From Macrostomum hystrix (Eukaryota; Animalia; Platyhelminthes): a stretch of DNA of 64,000 nucleotides. Under the pieces are notes generated by a model, which was not told the DNA's origin, ran no database searches, and saw only the letters and a list, made by a program, of their open reading frames with translations. Where the stretch lies: positions 372,001 to 436,000 of the forward strand of contig CATNEN010000005.1 of assembly GCA_950097015.1 (NCBI GenBank), read 5' to 3'. How positions within the stretch are numbered: the stretch's first letter is position 1; each line of letters starts with the position of its first letter. Both the position numbers and the translations under genes were made by a program. Below, one piece after another: positions 54,801 to 64,000 of this stretch.

Positions 54801-57800
54801 GGGTGGCGTCGACCCGGCTGTGCGAAAGAGCGCAGGAGAACAGGTTAAAGCGGAACTGCTTTTTGGGGGACTATTGTCTGATCATTTCGGGACTATTGTC
54901 AAAGAATGTCAGGACTATTGTCGGAAAATATTGGGACCATTGTCGAAAAATCTGGACTTCTGTCCAAATCGTCGGGACTATTGTCGTAAATATCGGGCTA
55001 TTGTCGAAAATTTCGGGACTATTGTCAAAAATATCGGGTCTATTGTAAAAATTGTTAGGATATGCGAAAAAATTCGGGGTTTATATAAAAAGAATCGGGG
55101 ATATTTTGCAAGAATATTGTTACTATGGTAAAAAAATTTGGGACTATGTATAGCAAAAAATAAGAGGCCGAAAAAAGAAACAATTTTGGAACTCATGGGA
55201 GCCTTTTATTAATTATTTCTTACGAGCTTATATGTACACAGTTCTTATAAAATATGCACTCCCAATCGTTGTTGTAGTCTAGCGGTTAGAGCGACTGACT
55301 CGCTACTTAAGGGTCCAGGGTTCGATTCCTGACTCGAACCACAAAAATAGGTACCATTTAGCTCTTAAAACTGAGGGTTTCTGTGAAAGTTAAACGAGTG
55401 TTAATTTAAAGTGATGACGCGACTGGAGTCTGACCCGCCCGCCTCGCTCATCCGTCATCAAAATTGACAGGTGAGCATATTCCTGCAGAATCCCGGCCTG
55501 CATAGGCATTTCATAGTTAACCTAGCCGGACTGCAGTACACGCTGGATCTAATGCAACAATGCCTACGGCGAGATGAGGCCTATCTAAGCATGGTACTGC
55601 CAGCTTGCGTGTCTATTCTACGCCGACTAGCCCTATTAAATAGGGAGATTCGTCGCCTACTAGCCGAAGACTACTCAGTCTATTCTACCTGCGTCCGTGC
55701 CGCTCTTCATTTAAACTACGACTCAGCTTTCAAATCGGATATAAGCCAATTATTAGCTCTATTATTATTCGACGAAATGACGCCGGCTGTGCCTAAAACA
55801 GTTCCCGGAGCTAACGATTTCTGCCTACCAGCCGGATTAACGCGTCGTTTTCGTCTGCCATTCCGTTGCTCAACCTACGATTTAGCTAATCCGCACACTA
55901 TAGCCAGCGATAGTTCAGCTGCGGCTATTAGTTCACTAACTGGTCAACGGTCTCTGCGCCTGCTGTGGAATCTGGCCTGGCAGGCTGGCGGAGATCCTAA
56001 ACTGCTATTGTCTATGGCCGACAAGCAGCCCAACGTATTGGAAGATTATTCGGAGCTAATGCGTCTCAGCGAACTAGACTGGAATATGCTGCGCGCCAGC
56101 TGGTCCGATAGTCTAGCTATTGAAGCTATTCAACATCTGGCATCGGCTACTGATCATTATTCTGCTGGCTGCGCTGTTGATAAACTGACCGTCTGTCGGT
56201 TGATGACGCAGACTGCCACATTAGATGAGGCCGATGCTAACGATGCCGTTGCCAATGGTGACGATGACAATCAGTGGGATGACGAGATGACGGATGAGGA
56301 AGACGGTGAGTTTGGTTTGATTTTATTCTGGTTTTATCTATAGGGAGGTCCGGGAGGGTGTGGCAGAGCAGTTTTCGCGTTTGCCTCTCGCACCAAGGTC
56401 CATGAGTTCGATTCCGCGGCCACTTTAAAATTGGCTTGTCGTGTAATTCACGCCCTTGATGGTCAACCTCCAAGGCACAGTGAGAGTGTACACTGCCTGA
56501 AGATGAGAAAGTCGGGGCAGTTGTACGCACCTGTGTGAGCGTAGGCATGCGTACAGTATCTGGGTGCGAGTGTGTGCTCAGGAGTCAGCGACTGCCATTA
56601 CCTACAGCCCGCCAGCAAATTTTTTTTAATTATCAGCGAGGTCCGAAGTTCGAATCTCAGCCAGTATTATTTGCTGGGGTAGAAATTTAGGCGGTAGCGG
56701 CAGGCAGCTCCTCCCCTATTCGCAACACCTGCCGTGTGAAAAGTTATTATTATCGTCGATTAATCGTACATTACAGACAACAACAATGAAGCCGATCAAG
56801 ATGACGCTGCTGTCAATGATGATAAGGTCCAAACTGTTGGTGGCAGCAATTCGCCTAGCTGGACAAACGCCGCTGACAGATTTGTCCGTGTTCGTCCAGC
56901 GTCAAGCGCAGACTATCGCCTACTATGTCGCCTGCTTGACCTACTACTGTCCGACATGGCGTCGAAGACATTTGCTGAGAATCGGCACCTGTTAAATTGG
57001 CTTTTAGTTCGTCTGGCGCCGCCCGACGGTGTCCTGCTGTACATAGTTGCCATGGGGGATGCTCTGGTTTGCGACACTGACAGCGAACGATTAGCCGAGG
57101 CGAAGCGCGGTGCCTGGCGAGCCTCCGTAGCTTTAGCCGGAGCTGTGGCCGATTGTCTAGCCGTACGGGATGACGACGATGACAGCGTCGATGTCGACGC
57201 TGCGTCGACATTTGTGTCCACCATGGCTTTCTATTTAGTTCGCCGGTTGCTGGCTGGCAAGCATCTGACTCAGCTGGCCCAGCTGCACGACTGTTTGTCT
57301 GCTTTGCGCCGGCTTACCTCTGCTGCAACTATTGATGGAGCTTCTAGTAGCAACGGAGTCTGGAACTGGGCTAGTGCGTGCCCGCTGCAATCGGAGGACG
57401 CGCTGAGACTGGCTTGCCTAGATGCTGCTGGACAGGTGATTGCATTGCTTACCATGCTAATGACACTTACGACCTCAAGCTGCTCTTACTGATAGACTTA
57501 GCCCTTCCACTAGGAAACATTCAGCCACTACCTCAGGTATCATTTTACCACCTTAATAAGGCTCTCTTAATCCTTTCCTTCAGGCCTTTATTAGCAGATC
57601 CCTCTGGCTTCATTCAGCCACTCCATGAGGCCTCATTCAGCCACTTCCTCATGCCTCATTCAGCCACTCCCTGAGGCCTCATTCAGTCACTTCCTTAAGT
57701 ATCATTCAACCTTTCCTTCAGGCCTCATTCAGCCACTCCCTCAGGCCTCATTCAGCCACTCCCTCAGGCCTCATTCAGCCACTCCCTCAGGCCTCATTCA

Positions 57801-60800
57801 GCCACTCCCTGAGGCCTCATGCAGCCACTACCTTAAGTATCATTCAACCTTTCCTTCAGGCCTCATTCAGCCACTCCCTCAGGCCTCATTCAGCCACTCC
57901 CTCAGGCCTCATTCAGCCACTCCCTCAGGCCTCATTCAGCCACTCCCTCAGTCCTCATTCAGCCACTTCCTCAGGCCTCATTCAGCCACTACCTCAAGCA
58001 TCATTCAGCCTTTCCTTCAGGCCTCATTCAGCCTCTCTCTGAGGCCTCTTTCAGCCAGTACTTTCTCAGGCCTCATTCAGCCACTCCATCAGGCATCATT
58101 CAGCCACTTCCTCAGGCCTCCACTTCAGGACCTGTTAATCTTCACCTCAGGGCTTCTTCAGGCTCTACCTTAGGCCTATTATTTCATTTCTTTGTCTCAC
58201 TTTTTGTGCAGGTGATGGACTCGCTATTGCGCGATCGTGCTGATATTCGCGACTCGTTCATGGGCCACGGCAGTATTCTATGCGTGCTAGGCCTGTTGCG
58301 CAACCTAGCCGCCGATTGTCAAGGTCAAGGTCAACAACTGCCGCTAACAGTGTGGAAAATTCCAATCAATTGGACCTGCATTCTAGTTGCTAGCCGGCAT
58401 CAGCTATTGACAGCGGCCTCGTTAGATCTGCTGGCCTGCCTATGCAGAATCTCTGACGCATTCGCCGCTGCCGTACATGCCGCCCTGGAGACGGCCGAAG
58501 TCAGCGCTGACGGTGCCTGGGGCCTTGGCCTGGCTCTTCTTCGGCCAGCCGCTCTAGGCTGCAGTCCGCTAGTTCGCAGTCAGGCTTGCGATCTACTGGC
58601 ATCGTTGGTTGCCATGGCAACGCCGGCCGATAATGTCGAACAACGGTTAGCAACGGAAGGCTCTACATTAGTACGCTCATTAGCTCGCCAGCTGCTAGCC
58701 TACTGGCCGGAGTCGGAGCTGCCGCCGCGCGCCATCGTCCTGCCAGCCGGCAGAGCCGTCAGACAGGAAGCCACGCCTGGCGTTTGCACTCCGAGATTAT
58801 TGGCTAGCATTTGCAGATTGTTGCAGAATCTGTGCTGCTTTATGCCGAAAATATGGCCTGCCGAATTGGCTGAATTAAAGGTTAGCGGAGTTCTAGCTCG
58901 TAACCCTACACAACTGTTTTTCATCCTTCAAAATCATTGCCAGCCTTTCACTGTCATTGTCAACCCTTCACCATAATTGCTAAACTTTCTAAATATGATT
59001 TCCAAACCTTCGCAATCATTTCTAACCCTTCAAAACCAGTGCCGAACCTTTCGTAATAATTATCAACCCTTCACAATCACTGTCAACCCTTCACAAACAC
59101 TGTCAACCCTTCACAATCACTGTCAACCCTTCTCAAACACTGTCAACCCTTCACAAACACTGTCAACCCTTCACAATCACTGTCAACCCTTCACAAACAC
59201 TGTCAACCCTTCACAAACACTGTCAACCCTTCACAAACACTGTCAACCCTTCTCAAACACTGTCAACCCTTCACAAACACTGTCAACCCTTCTCAAACAC
59301 TGTCAACCCTTCACAAACACTGTCAACCCTTCACAAACACTGTCAACCCTTCTCAAACACTGTCAACCCTTCACAAACACTGTCAACCCTTCACAAACAC
59401 TGTCAACCACACAATCAGGTGACATCCCTACTCATCGGCCTACTGGATCCCGGCCTCTTAGAGCAGTGCGCCCGCGCCGGCCAGCCGCCGGATCGTCTGG
59501 CTCAGCCTGCCTGCGCGGTTCTTCGGCTTCTGCGCCTCCTGGCCTGCGACGATGTGCATCTGAGAGCTCGCCTGCTGCACGATGACAGATTGCTTGGCCG
59601 TCTTGTTCGTCTGCTGCGACTACGATGGGACGCCATGGATGCGCTCGACACGTCCGACAAACGTCGTCGTCAGCGTCGCCGGCGACGTCGACAAAGGCCG
59701 CCTCAGGCTACAATGCTGCGACTGTGGACTGAAGCCTGCCAGACACTGACTCTGCTGACCTATGGGCGCGATTTAGGTGAGCTTCTAGTGTGTACTTTTA
59801 GTTTTTATAGAAGGGTTTATAGCCTAGTGATTAGCGTCGGACTTACGTCTTGAAGGTCGGAGATTTGATTCCCGAATCCACTGGAATAGATGGTGTCCTT
59901 TAGATAAACACTTTACTGTGCATTGTTTCAGTTCACAAAGCTGTTAAAGGGGTACCAGCATCAGCTGGGGTAATCAAGGGTGGTTGTGTCCCCAGTCCAC
60001 GCAGCCTTCAAATGCGTCACGCGGCTGTGTTGTCGGCTTGACATCTGGCGCCAATCGGGGCAGGTGTTATTAATTCTTATAAAACTAAACAATAATCAAT
60101 TACTATTTTAACTTTTTTTGTTAGGTCGCGTTGATCCCGGCGCTGTGAATCACGTGGCTGCTGCTCTAGCCAATCGTCTGCCAGCTTGCCTGTCGGCGTT
60201 GACTAGCCTGTTGAACAGTAGCGGCTCCGACGACAGCTCGGTTGACAACCAGCGATTGGAGGGCTCTCGATCGGCGCTGCTGCTGTGCCACGCGGTGTTT
60301 CATTCTCCGGATTTGCGACCTCTGCTGGACGCACCCAGGAGCCGAAGCAGCGGCGAGGGCGAAGCTGGCGAGGATGGCGAAGGCGTGAGTCTTTTTTGCG
60401 TGGTGTGCTAGCTGAGGATGGGGTGGTGTGCTAGCTGAGGAAGGGGGGTGTGCTAGCTGAGGAAGGGGTGGTGTGCTAGCTGAGGAAGGGGTGGTGTGCT
60501 AGCTGAGGATGGGGTGGTGTGCTAGCTGAGGATGGGGTGGTGTGCTAGCTGAGGATGAGGTGGTGTGCTAGCTGAGGATGGGGTGGTGTGCTAGCTGAAG
60601 ATGGGGTGGTGTGCTAGCTGAGGATGGGGTGGTGTGCTAGCTGAGGAAGGGGTGGTGTGCTAGCTCAGGAAGGGGTGGTGTGCTAGCTGAGGAAGGGGTG
60701 GTGTGCTAGCTGAGGATGGGGTGGTGTGCTAGCTGAGGATGGGGTGGTGTGCTAGCTGAGGATGGGGTGGTGTGCTAGCTGAAGATGGGGTGGTGTGCTA

Positions 60801-63800
60801 GCTGAGGATGGGGTGGTGTGCTAGCTGAGGATGGGGTGGTGTGCTAGCTGAGGATGGGGTGGTGTGCTAGCTGAGGATGGGGTGGTGTGCTAGCTGAGGA
60901 TGGGGTGGTGTGCTAGCTGAGGAAGGGGTGGTGTGCTAGCTGAGGATGGGTGGTGTGCTAGCTGAGGATGGGTGGTGTGCTAGCTGAGGATGGGGTGGTG
61001 TGCTAGCTGAGGTTGGGGTGGTGTGCTAGCTGAGGTTGGGGTGGTGTGCTAGCTGAGGATGGGGTGGTGTGCTAGCTGAGGATGGGGTGGTGTGCTAGCT
61101 GAGGATGGGGTGGTGTGCTAGCTGAGGATGGGGTGGTGTGCTAGCTGAGGAAGGGGTGGTGTGCTAGCTGAGGATGGGGTGGTGTGCTAGCTGAGGATGG
61201 GGTGGTGTGCTAGCTGAGGATGGGTGGTGTGCTAGCTGAGGATGGGTGGTGTGCTAGCTGAGGATGGGTGGTGTGCTAGCTGAGGATGGGGTGGTGTGCT
61301 AGCTGAGGTTGGGGTGGTGTGCTAGCTGAGGATGGGGTGGTGTGCTAGCTGAGGTTGGGGTGGTGTGCTAGCTGAGGATGGGGTGGTGTGCTAGCTGAGG
61401 ATGGGGTGGTGTGCTAGCTGAGGATGGGGTGGTGTGCTAGCTGAGGATGGGGTGATGGGAAAGCTTAGAAATGTTATAGCTTTGATGATGAAGAAGCACA
61501 TATGCATTAAGTATGAGGTGGCAACAGCAGGATAAAAATATCTTTTGATTCCAGACTTCGTCAGCCAGTGTCGCCAGCTCTGACAATCTGGGAGCTCGAT
61601 TCGCTCATCGTCTATTGCGTCGCTACGATGTCCTCTGGACGCTGCCGTCCTCATCAGCAGTCATGGCTGTTGGCATCGCTGAAGATCGCGCAGTCCTCAC
61701 AGCCGCTCTGAAAATGCTTCTGCTAACATCCCGAACAGCTAAAAGTGCCGCCCTTAATGCTGGCTTTGTTGAAGCCCTGCTAGAGACTCTGCGGAGGCCG
61801 AATTTGACTTGGCAGGAAGCCAGGCAGACGGCTGAACTATTGCAGAATCTAATGCACTCGATGCCTGAAGCTAAATTAGCGGCTGCTTCGTCTGCCAATA
61901 GTCTGGCTGATCGGCTGCATCGGCTGTGGCCCATCGCTCTGACTCAGCCGGCTCTCATGCTGGCTTTTCTGCGCCTTCTAGCAGTGCTCACCGCTCCTCC
62001 GCCGTCTCGCTGCTCCGGCCTCACTGCCGGACTCATCCAGGCCCTGCTGCGATTAGCTGGCCAGGATAATCAGCTGTGGCGCGAGGCCGATTTGGTAAGA
62101 AGCAAACTAGCGCTTCTAATGTACATCATTTTCTGAACAACCACCTCATCAGTCCGAATGTACATTCCTTCCTAACCAACCACAAACCTGCTCGAATGTA
62201 CATCCTTTACTGAACAACCACCTCATCAGTCCGAATGTACATTCCTTCCTAACCAACCACAAACCTGCTCGAATGTACATCCTTTTCTGAGTACTTACCT
62301 CACCATCCGGAATGTACATACTTTCCTGACCAATAAGTGTGAATGCATGTTTCTCACCAAACAACCCCCGAGTGTACATCCCTTCAACTAACAACATAAA
62401 TTTTACTGTCTGAAATGCGTAACCAATGTATAACGCATTAATCCGACTGCACATTCGAGCTCGACTGAAAACTATAAGTACAATTTTGTTGCCAGATTCG
62501 TCGCGCCTGTTTCTCAGTACTATCTAACGCCGCCCTGACTAGTTCTGAGCTTCGTTCTAGCCTAGTTAAAAGCCGTTTTCTTGATCGCTTCTACACTCTA
62601 CCCTCTGGCGAACAGCAGCTGTCTAAGGCAGCAAAATCGGCCGCCGCTGATTGGCTGCGACTTCTAGCCAATCTGAGCGTCTCCCCTGAAGGTCAAGTGG
62701 CGCTATTGAGCCAGCCGGCCTGTCTACAGAAACTGTGCGAGCTGGCAACGACTAACGATTTGAGGCGACAGGTGTCTACTTACGTGCTTTTGTTCTTAGT
62801 ATACATATCATGAATCATTTTTTAATATCTACAAACCTCATCTGGGTCACAAACCCAGCCTCAGCTAGGACACCACCCCATCCTCAGCTAGCACACCACT
62901 CCATCCTCAGCTAGCACACCACCCCATCCTCAGCTAGCACACCACCCCATTCTCAGCTAGCACACCACCCCATCCTCAGCTAGCACACCACCCCATCCTC
63001 AGCTAGCACACCACCCCATCCTCAGCTAGCACACCACCCCATCCTCAGCTAGCACACCACCCCATCCTCAGCTAGCACACCACCCCATCCTCAGCTAGCA
63101 CACCACCCCATCCTCAGCTAGCACACCACCCATCCTCAGCTAGCACACCACCCCATCCTCAGCTAGCACACCACCCCATCCTCAGCTAGCACACCACCCC
63201 ATCCTCAGCTAGCACACCACCCCATCCTCAGCTAGCACACCACCCATCCTCAGCTAGCACACCACCCCATCCTCAGCTAGCACACCACCCCATCCTCAGC
63301 TAGCACACCACCCCATCCTCAGCTAGCACACCACCCCATCCTCAGCTAGCACCCCACCCCATCCTCAGCTAGCACACCACCCCATTGTGTCCCGCAGTGC
63401 CGCGCCCTGCTATGCCTGCGCAACTTGGCCTGCCACCCCGGCTTGCGCATGCGCATCCTGGCCTGTCAGCAGCAGCTCACCGACTGCCTGCAATCGGCTC
63501 TGCAGGCCTGCCAGCGTCTGTTGCGTAATCAACGCCAGCCCAACAGGCCTAAGCTTCGTTCCGTTCAGCAACAACAGCAGCAGCAGCCCGTCAGTTTACG
63601 ATCATCAACTAGCCAAGCCGCTGCTCGCGAGACTCGAGTCCTGGCCCTCACAGTGTCCCTGCTCCGATCGCTGATGCACGCCAATCAGCGAGCTCGCGCA
63701 CAGTTGCGCAATGTTGCCGGCCTAAAAGAAACCCTGGCTAGCATTTTCGAGACACTGCTTGCCTCTGTGTCAGTTTCAACAGGCCATCAGCTGCTAGATG

Positions 63801-63871
63801 GCTTATCGCCGGAGGAAGCCGCTATTCTGATGCGAGATCTAAAACTGGCACTGGCCGCATTGCAGCCGTAG
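48802..63871 (+). CDS. RTTN: Rotatin (centriole/basal-body ARM-repeat protein)
   Basis: Exons 48802-48998, 49086-49449, 50496-51668, 52123-52278, 54436-54843, 55471-56305, 56777-57435, 58212-58880, 59419-59776, 60125-60384, 61555-62094, 62496-62771, 63398-63871, all GT-AG and phase-consistent. LPWVALTESDAHVL...KDVLARDFPAEVFLQRS matches the rotatin FPWLPLTTTDRHVL...QDFPAEIFLQRP block. RKSAGEQ, LLLFDE and LLANLSVSPEGQ also fit. AATAAA at 63943. Start codon uncertain. Confidence 0.92.
49590..50470. repeat. 23-bp minisatellite, rotatin intron 2
   Basis: CAGTCTAGATTTCATTCAGCAAT. Confidence 0.95.
51790..51880 (-). mobile_element. tRNA-derived SINE head (family B)
   Basis: Minus strand GGGGCTAGTAGCCTAGTGGTTAAAGC...GGTTCGATTCCC; acceptor stem does not pair, so not a functional tRNA. 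Confidence 0.7.
52470..54050. repeat. 16-bp minisatellite, rotatin intron 4
   Basis: TTTCATTATCCTTGGA and variants. Confidence 0.95.
54865..55050. repeat. GGGACTATTGTC motif cluster, probably a transposon subterminal region
   Basis: About 8-9 imperfect copies with variable 10-12 bp spacers, just inside rotatin intron 5. Confidence 0.55.
55268..55450 (+). mobile_element. tRNA-derived SINE
   Basis: TAGTCTAGCGG A box, GGGTTCGATTCC B box, non-tRNA body. Confidence 0.65.
56348..56620 (+). mobile_element. SINE family A copy
   Basis: TGGCAGAGCAG A box, GTTCGATTCC B box, GTCAACCTCCAAGGCACAGT body, CTCAGGAGTCAGCG tail. Confidence 0.82.
57540..58130. repeat. 23-bp minisatellite, rotatin intron 7
   Basis: AGGCCTCATTCAGCCACTCCCTC. 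Confidence 0.9.
59080..59410. repeat. 20-bp minisatellite, rotatin intron 8
   Basis: CACTGTCAACCCTTCACAAA. Confidence 0.93.
59815..60060 (+). mobile_element. tRNA-derived SINE with CORE-like central domain (family B)
   Basis: Head resembles the 51790-51880 copy; GGTGTCCTTTAGATAAACACTTTAC...TCAGTTCACAAAGCTGTTAAAGGGGTACC resembles the GTGTCCTTGGGCAAGACACTT...TGTAAATGGGTACC CORE-type consensus as remembered. Confidence 0.6.
60400..61455 (+). repeat. 23-bp minisatellite (GATGGGGTGGTGTGCTAGCTGAG), rotatin intron 10
   Basis: About 45 units. Confidence 0.96.
62115..62400. repeat. ~38-bp degenerate repeat anchored on AATGTACAT, rotatin intron 11
   Basis: Two alternating spacers followed by divergent spacers. 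Confidence 0.8.
62865..63385 (-). repeat. Reverse-complement copy of the intron-10 23-bp minisatellite, rotatin intron 12
   Basis: CTCAGCTAGCACACCACCCCATC, about 22 units. Confidence 0.96.
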
Positions 63872-64000
63872 AAATACTGCCTGCTCTCTTCTGAAATCTA
63901 TTGTATTTGATTGCGGTATTGTTAATGCCAAATTCGTTTTACAATAAATGGTGCTTCTTTCTAGCTTGTAACATTGCCAGCAGTTGTAGGAAAAACTGAC

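Noticed and set aside
54844-55131. C-terminal extension of ORF 54418-55131
   Set aside because: Read-through past the donor at 54843 into the GGGACTATTGTC repeat cluster
57625-59585. ORFs 57625-58173 and 58977-59585
   Set aside because: Minisatellite translations within rotatin introns, out of frame with the flanking exons
62115-62400. CRISPR-like repeat-spacer layout around AATGTACAT
   Set aside because: Eukaryotic intron, the repeat is only about 9 bp, spacers are mutually related, and there are no cas genes; kept only as part of the shared-core finding

Overview
Eukaryotic, intron-rich animal genomic DNA. The style (polyQ-rich proteins, almost every intron filled with its own minisatellite) suggests the flatworm Macrostomum, but the species is an inference. 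Six protein-coding loci were reconstructed by hand from splice signals and reading frames. (1) A centrosomin/CDK5RAP2/myomegalin-family gene on the minus strand, running off the left edge. (2) An intronless C-type-lectin plus PAN-like gene nested on the same strand in one of its introns. (3) A GPI-type ENPP6-like ectoenzyme (minus) whose catalytic nucleophile position is Cys. (4) A coronin (minus) with two alternative coiled-coil terminal exons. (5) A divergent K50 PRD-class homeobox gene (plus). (6) Rotatin (plus, 13 coding exons). Interspersed are a deleted mariner, hAT-type and foldback MITEs, a 5'-truncated LINE, several tRNA-derived SINEs and about 25 tandem-repeat arrays. Most long ORFs in the supplied track are repeat artefacts. 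The most notable observations are the Cys-nucleophile ENPP, an inverted minisatellite pair bracketing two frame-symmetric rotatin exons, CpG-free zones 3' of putative housekeeping promoters, a SINE/LINE shared 3' motif, and a shared (AA)TGTACATT core across unrelated arrays. All family assignments come from remembered motifs; no database search was run.
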